A stretch of 64,000 nt of DNA, taken from assembly GCA_010015805.1 (NCBI GenBank), contig ML978125.1, positions 372,001-436,000 of the forward strand. The letters are read 5' to 3'. Source of the DNA: Rhizodiscina lignyota. Taxonomy: Eukaryota. A model generated the notes under the pieces. That model saw nothing but the letters and a program-made list of their open reading frames with translations. It ran no database searches and was not told the origin of the DNA. Position numbers and translations under genes: made by a program. Shown one piece after another: positions 48,512-62,500 of the stretch (positions are counted from its first letter, which is position 1; each line of letters begins with the position of its first letter).

Positions 48512-51500
48512 ATGCCTCGCAAACAGTATCTGAGCGACTTTCAAGCTGTCGCTGAACAGACGCAGATCGTGGGGATTCTAAACATTCGCCCGTCAGATGA
48601 ATCTGGTCAATTCCACTTTGACCTTCAGCTGGAGCGAGATGGCCCTAGCTACGAGATCACGGTTCTGGTGTCAGACATCTCCGACTATCCCACGGAACAC
48701 GCCTATTACCTGATGGGAGAAGATAGTATGCCAAAACATATGGCCGCCACCTTTGAGCGCCTTTCTTTGTCCCACGCTGGACAGACTCTGAAAGAGCTGT
48801 TACAAAGCATGTCGGATACATTGCGTTCGCTCGACCTTGAAGGAGACACGCCGATGCCGGATTCTCAGCCCGAGGATTACGAAGACTACGAAGACGGCGA
48901 AGACGACGACTCGATTGACGATTTCGACGAGGCCGCCTTTGACACGGTACCTACCAAAGTATCATCGCACTCCTCCACAACTGCGATCGTCCCAGCGACT
49001 CCGCGTTTCCAATCGCGCATCCGAGCCGACCTCATGCTTGCAAAGTCTGCAGGTTTTAAGATTGGCTGCCATGGCGGTCTGCTCGATGGATTGTCGTGCT
49101 ACGTCAGCGTTTCCTGTCGCATTGCAAAGCTTGGAGTCTCTGAAGAAGCAATGCAAGCCTGGCAAGTCAACGCAAACGACTATCTTATCTTGGTCATGTT
49201 CTTCCCGAACGGTTACAGGAGCGTGGAGGATCTGAGGATGATGGACACCGTGCAACAGCGCCGCAGCGTCAAGTTTAGCGTAGGAATCAGTCACTCGAAC
49301 TACAAGCCGACATTGGATGAAGCAGTCAAGGCTTTCAACCCTGTCTCGGTAGAGGATCAAGCCAAGGAGGAGGCAGCGCGGGCCTCACAAGGGCAATCCG
49401 CATTCCGAGGCTTCGAGTCTTGCTTCATTTCTCGACCTCTCAATCAACTCCTCAACGATCGCCTTCTGCGACTCGTGTTCTACCGAGAAGTCGGCTTGTC
49501 ATGGTCAGGCGCAGAGCAGTTCTACAACGACCACCAAGGCATGCAATATGGCTTTTCAGAAGAGGTGGCGGATGACAAGTACATGTATCCCGAACCAGAC
49601 TCTACAGCTTACCCGGCTCTCGTCACCCAAGACCATATTGGAGATACGAGGCGGATGAGAGACGTTTCATTTCCACTTGCAGCCATGCAGTTCCTCTTGC
49701 GACACTTTGTACGCTGCACGGAGTTTTGCTTGGTTTGCCATTGCAAGCTCGACACTGACCTCGAGGCAATCAAACCTTACGTTTGCGAGAAACCGCTCTG
49801 CTTGTATCAGTACATGTCTCTTGTAAGTCACGCTAACCACCTGTGGGAGCACTAGTACAACAAAGTCTGACAACGTATCATAGGGTTTTGGTCCTAGCAT
49901 CGAGCACGAAATAGTCACTCAGCCGAATGTCGTCGATCTCCTCATCAGCCTCTGCCATCTTGCTGCTTCCTCCCACGGCAAGTTGGAGGTCTTCCCAGTG
50001 GGACTGGGACTCCAGGTTCCTCCAATATGGCCATTGGAAGCGGATTACCCTGGAGCAGCTGGAAGTCGTGCATCAAAGGATAAGTCTGCGGAGTTTCCTC
50101 CTCGCCCAACGGGTTACAATGCGAAATTCAACCGCGCTACATTGGAGCTGCTTTTCGACTCAAACGACAAGTGCCCCGTTCGAGCTGGTGATTGGATCGT
50201 CTTTCCGAAGTCCGACAAGAGCGAGACTGACCTCCATTGCCGAATCGGTTCCACCAATTATTTCCCAACCGTTTCCGTATCAGAGCCCATTCCGAGCTAC
50301 TCAGATATAGAAAAAATACGAGCATTAACTGAGCAGAAAGCCAGCCAGACAAAGCAAAGAAAGCCCGAGACCCCGGCTCCTACCCCAAGCTTCGAGTCCG
50401 CTACTTTCTACCTCTACGATCTCAACTTTGACGAGGCCAATGATGTCTGGAAGCGTGCTGTCATCATTCAGTTGCTCAGTGTGCTTCCGACTGTTATGGA
50501 AATGCGCAAATACATTGTGGAGACGAGCAAGGAGCTTTCATCTTGGGTTAATCGCATCTCTCCGGCCGCCGCCGGTCTGTTGCGATGGATTATCGCGTCT
50601 AGTCGGGCGTGTATCTTCCAAGTCGATGATATCGACTCTGCAGAGGGGAAGAAGGTTACGAAAGCAGAGAATAGGATCCATGGAATGCCTGGTTGGATGC
50701 AATTCAGATTCGCTATGGGAGCTCCAGTATGTCCGACGGGCCTCCGCATGGGGAAGATGCTAATTCCTCACAGGACAAAGAACGCCGCTTCCTCCAAGAA
50801 GCCAAAAAATCTGCCGAGAAGCTTAAGCCAAAATTTCCCACCATTTTCGCGTGGCACGGTAGCATGCTGCACAATTGGCACAGCATCATCCGTGAAGGAC
50901 TCCATTACAATTATGTTGCTTCCGGCCGAGCCTTCGGCGATGGTGTTTACATGTCGCCTGATTTCCACACTAGTGTAGGCTATTCGAATCAGTATCGGAG
51001 CCATCCAGCGAACGCCTTGGTACGTCTCACGTTTCTTCCATTGATCAAAATTTTACTAACATAGTACAAGAACTTGGCCTGGCCTCAAACCCGCCTGAAT
51101 ATAAGTTCAATCGTATCCCTGCAAGAGGTCGTCAACGCGCCGCAGCAATTCAGAAGCCGTAGCCCTCACTTCGTGGTGCAACACATTGACTGGGTTCAGA
51201 CGCGCTATCTTTTCGTCAAGTGCTTCAATCCAGAGATTAAGCTGGATGAAAGCAAGACAGCTCCTATCGACGTCTTCCATCAAGATCCGACTCTGACTCC
51301 GAAGGGTGAAACTGGTGCGCGTATCGTCATTCCCGCGAGCGCCATCCCTCGATCTCGCAAAACTGACGATGTCTTAAGCCGGAATGCGCCCAAGTTGGTC
51401 GCAACGCCGTTAACGTCGTCGTTTGCATCGTCGTTTGGGAACGTGTTCGGGACCGCTGGAACTTCTGCGGATCCGATCACTCTAGATGAGGCCAAAAAGT

Positions 51501-52312
51501 CCAAAGCCGTCGGTACATCTGCAGATCCGATTGACCTGGATATCGACATGGATGATGGTGCTAGCATTGCGACGGCAGACGAGGACCGCGAGATCTTTAA
51601 GGAAGATTCTCCACCACCATGCGAACCTATTCTTCCCCAGGGCAAGGGAAAATCCAAGGCTTCGATGACAGACTTCGCCCCTGGTACGCTAGATGTGTCT
51701 TCACTTCCCATTCTCGCTCCGCCTTCCTACGCCACTCCCGGTGCTTCGAAGCGTCTTCTCAGCGATTTCAGGACCCTCGTCACCGTCCAGGATGTCACGC
51801 CGCTCCACGAGCTTGGCTGGTATATCAATCCCGACCCGGATCTCATGACGAATCTCTTCCAGTGGATTGTCGAGCTTCACTCCTTCGATCCGACCCTGCC
51901 TCTCGCCAAGGACATGAAGGCGCAAAAGATCACTTCCGTCGTCCTCGAGCTGCGCTTCGGCAAGGACTTCCCACACACGCCTCCGTTCGTTCGCGTCATC
52001 CGTCCTCGCTTCCTAGGCTTCAATCAAGGCGGAGGTGGACACGTTACACTTGGCGGTGCCATCTGCATGGAGCTTCTTACGAACACCGGCTGGACCGCCG
52101 TGTCGAGTCTCGAGAGCGTCTTGCTGCAAGTGCGCATGGCGATGAGCAGTACTGATCCGAGGCCAGCGCGCTTGGTTCCCAGTAGCCAGAATATGGATTA
52201 CGGTATTGGTGAGGCGGTGGAGGCCTACCGTCGTGCTTGCCAGGTGCATGGCTGGAAAATGCCCCCCGATCTCCTTGAGACAACTCAGGATGCACAGGCG
52301 AGTCGCTTCTGA
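48512..52312 (+). CDS. PARP6/8-like ADP-ribosyltransferase fused to a UBE2Q-type ubiquitin-conjugating domain
   Basis: Introns 49823-49883, 50727-50773 and 51020-51064. Cys motif CTEFCLVCH..PYVCEKPLC; ART core FAWHGS..NWHSIIREGL..GRAFGDGVYMS..S.GYS; E2 PPFVRVIRPRF..GGHVTLGGAICMELLT..GW. Confidence 0.92.
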
Positions 52313-53612
52313 TTTCAGAACAGCTCGAATTCTCTTACGGGCTTTCATTAGGTGTGGTTTGACTCGATCAGAGTGGAATTGAGAATCTTGCTTTGAGCAA
52401 GATGCAGTATGCGGAGGCACTTTGATTTTGATTGCATAGCGACGGCCATATGCATAGCATCTGGCGCTACGAAGTCTTGTTCTAGGTTCAGGGGCGCTAC
52501 GCAGGCGAACAGAAGAGGTGAGCATCTCAAGCAGACTGGATCAATTTCTTCCACTCTTTCGAGGCTTGAAATTTAAACCTCTACTGTTGCTAGTCGGAAG
52601 CTCTGAACCAATCATGAACAGAAGGTACAACTCTAAATTGAATGAAAACTGGATACAGATAACTTTGCGGTAACGTCCATCTTGCGCCTGTGACTCTTTG
52701 ACCCCGTGCCTCTGCTTGCTAATGCTACCATGTCATGGAGGGCGGCCTGTACTACACACCTTCCACTGCATGCCACTGCATCGGGAGGCTCTCTCGACTG
52801 GAGACAGCCTCATCTTGAAAGCACGAAAGGCAGAGAATTGTACTACTAACCATGTGGCATCTTGCTGAAACACCTCATGTCGTTGGCGCTTCCAGCCTTG
52901 TCGGAGAGACTTGTCCACGACGCTCTCCACGTGCTACCTTCTTCTCTTGAAGAGCAGCAGCCACCTATAATATCGGACGTTGTCGGCAAGGATGCTCCTT
53001 CCATCATACATGCGGGTTGACTGCAGCTAGAACTCAGAAGGCGTCCGGCTTTCGTCGGCTCAAAGGCATGATTCGTTGCTGGGAACAGGGCGCGCTGCAA
53101 CCCCTGCGGCGCGAGAGGCTGTGGGCCAGGTGAGCGCCGCCACACCTTTTCTTGCTCTCCATCCATTGCACGCCCAACGTTCAATCCAGACGCAGGGTGA
53201 TGTGACTCTCTTTTTTGCGCTCAGCCTTTCCATTCTTTCACATCTCGCGACTGTCAAACTCTTCTCGTCTGTCGCATACACCCTGAAGCACTGCGATTGA
53301 GGTTGTGCAGACTCGAAGACCGTCGCGGGGCTCCAGCCAGTCACACGAACCTGCAGCTCGCCGCGAACGTCAACAAGCTCACATACTGAGGGCTACGAGA
53401 CCGATTTCAGACGCGCCGCCCGCCTTGTCGCACCATATCTAGTATCACAGCGATATCCTTCGACTTCACCTCTCTGGCTCCTTCAGGACGTCGAAGCCGC
53501 TATCCATCCGAACCCCACAGCGCTCCGTCCCGCTCGATGCACCGCCACGATCCAGGAACCATCATCTCGTTCGGCCCATAACGCGCCCTCTATAGTTTTC
53601 AACGGGTCCCAG

Positions 53613-55498
53613 ATGGTGTCATACCCGACAGACGACACGCGCTCCCTCTCTCATGCCTCCACATCGCGCCGCGCGCCGTCGGTAGCGAGCAGCTCCGGCT
53701 CGACGGTCCGGCGGCACCACCACCACAGACACGGGCGCTCGCACGCAGGAGGCTCCACGTCGCGCGCGGTGTCGAATGAGTTCCCGATTTTCACGCACAC
53801 TGGTGATGTGGAGATTGTCATAGCACCAAACCCACGGCTGAACAGGCGGAGAGATAGCGGAAGGGGTAGCGTGGATGAGAGTAGGGAGCGGACATATCTG
53901 CTGCATCGGTTGATACTGGCACAATGTTCAGGCTTCTTCGAGGCAGGGACGAGTGAGGAGTGGTCGAGAGAAGGGAGCCAGGCTGGTGCTGGTGCCAGTT
54001 CGCAGAGGGCTAGATATCAGACGGAGCAGGAAGGACATCCGAGGAAGAGGTGGAGGTATGAGCTGGATTGGGGAAGAGGGGACGACGAGGTCCCAATGCT
54101 TGTGCAGAAGGTGAGGTCCCCTATCTAGACTGGAAATATGGCGGATATTATGTTGCTTTGGATTAGACCTAGGTTAACCGTCACCAGGACCCATCATCTT
54201 CCATTTTCGGCGGCGAGACAGATTCACGCCATGCGCGGCCTCCACCTACTCGTCCCAAACCGCAACCACCACCGTCAGGTTTCTTCCGCTCGATGGCCAA
54301 CTTCTCCGCGCTCAACATCTCTTCGCACTCACGCTCTTCGAGCGGCTCTACCGCTCCGACTGACCCCCTCGAACCATCTGAGCTCCTGCTCCAAGCATAC
54401 GACAATCTCTTCCGCACATTCTACAATTATCCGCCTGCTCTTGATGCAGTCAACATTGCCCACGCGTATGTGGAGTGCAAAGCTCTGCTCCAAATCGCAG
54501 ATATGTACGATGCGCTCGATGTGGTCGGACCACGGGTAGATCACCATTTACTTCGCTTTGGCGCAAGACTATGGAAACAGATCGCCAAATATCCTCCAAG
54601 TTATCTGAAACTCGGCTATCTAGCACGCAGCCGCGCCATCTTCGCAGAAGCAGTAATACACGTAGTTGGATCGTGGCCAGCCTGCGCGCAACAGCTCGGA
54701 TACACTGGCCCATACGCACCACGCGGTCCCAGCAGCGCTCTTCCTGCACCAGGAGTAACGCAGCTCCCAGACGCAGTCTTCGAGCTCATTGAAGACAAAG
54801 TCGATGACCTCGAAGACCTCAAGTCCAAAGTGGAAACGAAGCTCTGGCGTCTCACCCTCACCACCAGCCGAGGCGAGCGCGTCAACCCTGCCAACGGCTG
54901 GCTAGACTGGCTCGCCATGAGCCTCTTCCGCCAATGGCTAGCAGAAAACACCACTCCACCGCCTACCTCAATCCTGAAAGACTCCTCCATCGGCCGTGGC
55001 AGTTCGCGCGGCAGCACCACCGTATCCAGCACCTCAACTCGCCACCGCTCATCATCCCGCTCAGGCCGCGCCCAACAGGCACCACCACCAGCTTTTACCA
55101 CCGCAGGCTCTGTGCTCTCCGCCTCCTCTGCCGCACTCGCTGCACAGCCCTCCTCCTCCCACTTAAACTCGTCTTCTTCGCCTCGTCATCCGCTGACATT
55201 CAACACCGGCCGCGTCTTCCGCCTCCTTGGCTCCGGCGGGCAGTCCTACCTCCCGCACGCAGAGCTCAAGGCGTTCCTGAAACTCCATCCGGAGAATTAT
55301 GATCGTGAGAAGCTAAAGCGGTTTGAGAGGAGGGTAGAGGAGATGAAGAATCTGGCAAGGGATGTCGTGAAGCCGCTGATGCGAAATTTCTTGGAGATTG
55401 ATGTTGTAGGAGCCGGAGAGAGGGAGAGGGATGGCGTGGTAGTGGGTTACTTGACTTGTTCGAGAGTCGGGGAGGGCGAGTACCCTTGGGAGGAGTGA
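53613..55498 (+). CDS. Fungal BTB/POZ-like domain protein
   Basis: Intron 54111-54187. GDVEIVI..YLLHRLILAQCSGFF (BTB-like), then AYDNLFRTFYN..LLQIADMYDAL..YLKLGYLARSRAIFAEAVIHVVG and a YLTC..YPW ending. Confidence 0.85.
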
Positions 55499-56538
55499 GA
55501 GATATTGAGATTTGAGTCACGCGTGATTAAGTTGATACCCATTTTGTCTTATGTGTATGCATGTGGAAGGGTGGATGAGAGGAGTGGATGGTTGATTTGT
55601 TTCACGGCTGTCTTTTTATGATGCATTTTCAGCGATGGCCTTCTTATGTTGATGGTGATGAAGTAGGATTGGGAGATACAAGACATGCATAAATGTACAC
55701 TAGCTGGCGCGCTGGTTCGTGTCGGTACGACTCTAAACCGAAACACTTGACGAAATCTTAGGCGTAATGAAGGCAAAGGCGTGCAGCATGAGCGTGACTT
55801 GCTTTTCAACGCAAGCGAGAGCACCTCCGAAAGCCTTATTTGATATGCTCGGAAGAGTACTTACAAAGATTGCACAGCACCAATGTGCGTTATCTGTATT
55901 TATTGAAGAATCTGCGCACTTGGATTCTGCACACTCTATTGCGCGTAGTGGATTCAAAGGGTTACAGGAAGGGCCACTTGGAAGTATTATTCTTCGATCC
56001 ACGCCAGAGCAGTTCCGAAGGCTTCAATCTCCTCGCGCAAGAAGATGTATCTTACTACTTTGAAGGAGAGAGATCGGGGTTTCAGTCCTAATTTGGACTA
56101 GCGCGCTGATTTCGCGTTTGTGGCATTTCGACAGAGCTCTGGAACATCTCCTCGTCTCTTTATACAAGCCATGATAATGGCGAATGTCAGCATGCTCGGC
56201 AACGGAATAGGCAAAGGCCTCTCGAAGCATGCAATATTGCTAGCCCGACCAACCAGCCAACCTACTGTCGCTAAGAGATCGGAAAGTATGGAAGCAATTC
56301 CGGCGCTGCGGTTCGCCTTCGGGGTGAAAGGTGATAGATCTCATGAACAAAGAAAAGGCCCATGAAGAATGCTCTTAGGTTATTCCAAGGGGCTATCTAG
56401 CTAGAGGAATGCTCATGGAGGTCAATAACGTGACGAAGAGGAGTCAGGGTGCTCACAAATCCCATACAGATTGTATACTCTTCAGCCATTGTGTCTTCAG
56501 TCCTTTCTGATCAATTGTGCCGCTCGTTATTGGCAGCA

Positions 56539-59500
56539 ATGCTGCCCTCACGCTTCCTACCGATCGCTGCCAGCCTTTCCTTACTCTGCGTCGTTCATTC
56601 CGCAATTGCTCAGTACTCACCGACAGGTTATGTTTTGCAAGATGACTACTCAATACCGAACTTCTTCACTATGTTCAATTTCGACGACGTAAGTGAACCC
56701 CGAGTTTTCAGATTTGCAGATACCTGACTGCACCGTAGAGCTACGATAAGACATTGGGACATGTCCAATACGTCAACCGGACGACAGCTTTTGGTCAAAG
56801 TCTCGTCACGACTACACAAGATTCCGTTATCATCAAACCTGACACGTCGGGAGCTTACCCGAATGGCGGGCCAGGACGGCCTAGCGTCCGTCTGGTCAGC
56901 ATCAGCAATTACACTCATGGCCTCTTCATCCTTGAAGCGAGCCATATGCCCTTTGGCTGCGGTGTCTGGCCCGCTTTTTGGGCTACAGGAATTGACTGGC
57001 CAAGCAATGGCGAGATTGGTGAGTGCTGCAAGTTACAAACGCGAGGTTGCATAGCTGAGTTGAACATTACAGATATTATTGAGGGCAACAATCTCCAGAC
57101 AAACAACGCGATGACTCTGCATACTGGTTCAAATTGCACAATAGCGGGCAGCGGTCAAACAGGCCAGAAGACGTCGTCTGACTGTCAAGTCTATGGAAAC
57201 AATGACGTTGGCTGTAGTGTCCAGGATGCTAGCGCTTTGAGCTACGGCGATGGCTTCAACAACAATGGAGGCGGTCAGTTTCAATGTCTTATTGCCGTCT
57301 TCTGCGCTAGTGCTAAAGCTTTCTGCCAGGTGTCTATGCCATGGAATGGACTTCGAATTGGATTCGAATATGGTTCTTCCCACCAAACAGTGTACCGCCA
57401 AGCACCTCCACCAATTCACCAAACGTCACGGAATTTGGAAGTCCAGACGCAAACTTCCAAGGTGATTGTCCATTTGACAGTCTTTTCGCGAACAACAGCA
57501 TCATCCTCAACATCGATTTTTGCGGCCAAGGCGCCGGATACACGTATGGATCTTCCACATGCCCACAGACTGCCAACGCAAGTTCCTGGGACTCTTGTAT
57601 CAATTTTGTCGGCGACAATCCCCAGAATATGACTGATGCTTACTGGCAGATCACTGCGCTGAGGGTCTACCAACAAGCCAGTGGAGACGCATCTGCCTCG
57701 GCCTCACCAGTCCCTACAGTTGCAGCTGTCTCAGCTTCTGTCCAGAATATTGCAATAGGACGTGGCAATGCAGGTGCCATCAATTCGGGTTCATCTTCAA
57801 ACAACAATACTGTAGCTGTAGGGCCCCCAGTTGCCGCCATTTCGTGCCCGGCTTCCAATGGTACTACATACACTGTCGATGGCGTGTCGATGATCATCGA
57901 TTGCTATGTCAACTATGTGGACAACGACCTACCGAATCAAGGCTATTTCCCAGGCTCCTTCCAGGCTTGTGTTGACTCATGCTCCAATAGCTCTGGCTGC
58001 GTTGCTGTTTCTTACAATAATGCTGGCGGCTGCTATCCAAAATCTGCCGTCGGTCAGTTTCAATGCACCACACTTGTTAGCTCGGCACGCCTCTCGAGTT
58101 TAGGGGTGGCAAACCCTGGCGCCTCTTGTGCCGCTTCTTCGAGTACAGTTAGCTCCCCAACGCCTTCTCCTGGGTCCCCGGTCCCCTCTATTTCGTGTCC
58201 GGCTTCCAATGGCACTACCTACAATGCTAACGGTGTTTCGATGATCATCGATTGCTACATGAGCTACACGGGCTACGGCCTGAATCAAGGCTATTTCCCA
58301 GGCTCCTTCGAGGCTTGTATTGACTTATGCTCCTCTAACTCTGGCTGCGTTGCTGTTTCCTACGATAACGGTGGCGGCTGCTATGAAAAATCTGCCGTCG
58401 GTCAATTTCAATGCACCACACTCGTCAACTCAGCACGTCTCTCGAGCTTAGGAGTGTCAAACCCTGGGGCCTCTTGTGGCCTCTCATCGAGTCCAGTTAG
58501 CCCAGCAGCACCTTCTGCGACCTCGCCCGCCCCGTCCTTCCCTCCTGAGCCTAACATCGATTGCCCTGGATCGAATCTGGCGCAAGTTACGGATGCCGCT
58601 GGCGCTTCTTATACTGTCTATTGCTATACTGATTTCTTCGGAGGTGACCTCACTTCGCAAAGTGGAGTTACTACAATGGGAGACTGCATATACCTTTGTA
58701 CGAATTACCCTGGCTGTGTTGATGTATCCTGGCTTCCGATGCCGATGCTTTGCTACCTGAAAAGCTCTTCTGGTACGACATTCCAACCAAATAACAATGT
58801 CTGGGCTGCGCGACGAGCAATAGAAGCTTCGGGTAGCCTTAGCTCCAGTACACTCGCAAGCTCTAGCGCTCCAATAGCTATCGCTTCATTCCCTCCTGAG
58901 CCCAGCATCAACTGCCCTGGAGCGAACCAAACGCAAGTTATGGATGCCGCCGGTGGTTATTATACTATAAGTTGCTATACTGACTTTTTTGGAGGTGATA
59001 TTGCCTCGCGAAGTGGGATTGCATTAATGGGAGACTGCTTATATCTTTGTACGAATTACCCTGGCTGTGTTCAAGTATCGTTCCTTCCTGGGCCGAAGGA
59101 TTGCTACTTGAAAGGCTCCTCTGGTACAACGTCTCAGACAGATGACTCTGTCTGGGCTGCGGAGCGAGTTATAGGAACTCCAAGCAGCTCCAGCTCCAGC
59201 ATTCCAATGGCTATCGCATCTTCTCCTTCATTGGGAATGCCTACGTCGGCTTCTTCTCCTCCAGCTGCAACCTCTGCAGAGGTTTCTTCGCCTTCTTCTG
59301 TCGGGATGCCAACAACAGTGGAATCATCTCAGCAATTCAGTTCTCCTGCGGCTGTTTCTTCGTCTATGGGTATGCCAACAACGGGAGAGCCTTCACAACC
59401 AAGCTCATCCGCTCTTTCTTCGGTGGAGCCGCCATTGTCTTTTTCCGATACGTCGTCTTCGCTTGAAGATATCTCTTCCGGAGATGTCATATTTCTCTCA

Positions 59501-62500
59501 ACTGCTTCATCGATCTCAGAAGTATCAGTTTACTTGGTTAGCACCTCGAATATGGCATCTTCTGTTGTGGAAGCAACTGGTTTCTTTTTGACATCGTCCC
59601 AACCGATCGTAACTATGGCCAGCCCGTCCGCATCCTCAATTCCTAGTACAACGGCACCAATCATGAGCATCCCACCAGGATTCACACCACCTGCGGCTGC
59701 TTTGCCTCTCTGCTGCGATTGTCCCGACTCCGCAGATGGTTTGACGTACTATGCTGGCGATGATGCGTACATCGTCATGTGCCATACGGACTATGTGGAC
59801 CATGATCTCACCGACACTCAGAACCCTGTCTATGTACCCAATATTGATTCCTGCATCAACGCCTGTGCCTCTGTCCCGGATTGTGGGGCAGCTATCTGGG
59901 TAGCGGGTATTGCTATAGGCCCTTGCTACTTAAAATCGACTGCTGGGTCTGTGCTTTCGGTAGCTACCGTTATCGGTGCAAGTTACCTTGGACCAGCTCC
60001 TTCTAGTTACTCGGCTTTGAGCCTGTCCCAGTCTACCTCGGGTCCTGATGTGATATCATCGACCGTTGGCTCTCCTGGCTCTTCCATTGGCAGCTTTGTT
60101 ATTTCCCAAATGCCTTCGGAACTTTCAGCACCTTCACCAGCCGCGAGCTCGGCTTCATTGGGCGTATCAGAATCGCCAGCAGTTTCAACGTCAGGAGCTA
60201 CAGAATCGTCAGTAGTTTCGATATCTTTGGGAGCTTTAGCATCATCGCAGTCTCCAATATCGTTGGGAGTATCTGTATCTCCGAGCGTTTCGATATCATT
60301 CGGTGCTTCGGCGCCATCTGGCGTTTTAGTACCATCGAGTGCTTCTGCCTCATCGGGCTCCTTTGCATCAATTGGAGTTTCTTCTTCAGCAGGAGTTTCC
60401 GTATCATCTGAGGCTTTGGTTCTCACTTCAGCAAGCGCTTTAGCAGGCGCTTTAACGTCTGCAGGTATCTCGATATCCGGAGGAGCTATTGCCACCTCTG
60501 GATCCTCCACAGCTGCATTTGTAACTTCTTCTTCTCCGACTCCGTCAGCAACCTCTGGACCTTACTTCATCTTTGACAATGCAACCTCCAATGGCAATGT
60601 CCAGGTTCAGTTGAATGCGGATCGCATCGGAAAAGTTATCTCTTTTTCGCCAAACTCAACATCGACCAACCCATCTATCACTATTCCAATGGCCGATGTT
60701 GGCGACGGGACGACTCCAATCGCCGCACCCTTTTTTGTACGCTTAAATATGTTGGCTGATCAGCAGCCACCACAAGCTTGTGTACTTGAAGCCTTTGCTG
60801 CTTCACAGATGGTGTTTAATATCAGCGTTGCTGATCTAACAACTTCGTACACGGCATTCAATACCAATACCTTCAGACCTCGAGACGCTGGGAATGCCCT
60901 TGCTTTTACTGAACTGTGTCAGAATACCAATGACTTTGTGCTGTTGGATATTGCGGGACTGGCGCTACACTATGCGACAGTGTCTTCAGGAAGCTCAGGG
61001 CTTGTCAATCCTACGTCGAGTATAATTTCTGGTGCGTCTGGAGCGTCCGATATATCGGGAGCGTCCGGTATATCGGGAGCATCGGGCATATCCACTGGTT
61101 CTGCTGTCTCCGATATTTATAGCGCATTCGAAACACCTGCGTCTGGAACGGGTGTATCAGGAGTATCAGGAGTATCGGGAATATATGGTGCATCAGGAAT
61201 ATCTGGCGCGTCCGGGATATTTAACGCATCCGCTACATCAGGAATATCGGGCGTAGCTGGAGCATCTGGAGCATCTGGAGCATCTGGAGCATATGGTTCT
61301 TCACCTTCGATGAACGTCGCTTCAGCCACTACGTCGTTCCCACCTTTGCCAAGCTTTGGAACGTGCGCAGTATCAGAAAGGCGATCTCGTGTAACCGTCA
61401 CCATCTTCCCCACGATAATAATTACCAGCTGCGAGTTGTCGAGCACTTGCACCTGGAATACTGTATTTCCATCATTGCGCTCGGGTTATCCCCAACCATC
61501 TGGGCCAACAAGCGGCTCTGGACCTGCGACTGGGAATGGCTTGTCGAGTGGAGCTGGCCCTTCAACTGGACCTCCGAATGGCTCAAAGAGCGGCTCAATC
61601 ACGAGTGGACCCTATCCAGTATCAAGCGGCTATGGAGGATCGAGTTCTTCGTCCACTGGCTTCACGGAAACCACGGAAACAGTCGTGACAACACTTACGA
61701 TTTGCTTTGATTGCGCCCTCACGCCCACAATTGTTACGACCGTGGAAACCCTGACTCTCACTGAAACAACCGACTCTCTCGGCCATACAACCACGATTAC
61801 GAATGGAGGCGGGCAAGGAGTCACAACCGTAACCATCACGACCGGCTCGTATTCTTATTCCGGAGTGGCAACCCAGGCACCCAATGTATCGTCCGGACAG
61901 GTTGTTACATCTACGCCGTCTAGTGGATACGCCCTTGGCGGGCCGACTCAAACAGCAGTCTCAATATCCACCCAATACTTAACGTCCACAGAAACTACCA
62001 GTCTCATTTCGACTTTGATTTTGAAGTCGATTTCTACGCTAATTGAGTCCAATGGTCGAACTATTAGCACCACCAGGATCCAGAGTGTGCCAACCACCAT
62101 AATACAGTACAACACGGTCACCCAACAGATTACGGTCCCCGCATACGAAACTGTCGTTATTACCCGGGAAGGAACTACCACGTTGATCCAGGGAGGTACA
62201 TTAACCGTCTATCAGGGCGGCGGAACAGTTACTCAAACCGTCCATGAGGGAGGGACCGTCACCCTTGGCGGCTCAGTTCTTACAGTGACGACGACACAGC
62301 CTTCCGGAAGCACAGCAACTCCAAACTGCCCGAACGAGCCACCAGGGCGCGTTTTCGATTGCCCATATGGAGGCCAATATGCAATCTATTGCAATACTAA
62401 CTATCTAGATGCGAATGTGGCGAGTCTACAGCTTAACTCCATGGCAGATTGTGCAATGGCTTGCGATGCGTACAATATTCAGCATTTCTACGACACCACG

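Noticed and set aside
23699..52312. Idea that the two E2 genes and the BTB-like gene form a ubiquitin gene cluster
   Set aside because: They are separated by unrelated housekeeping genes, and nothing in the sequence shows co-regulation.
57835..59170. Regularly spaced repeats resembling an array
   Set aside because: They are coding-domain duplications inside the GH16 ORF, not CRISPR or a mobile element.
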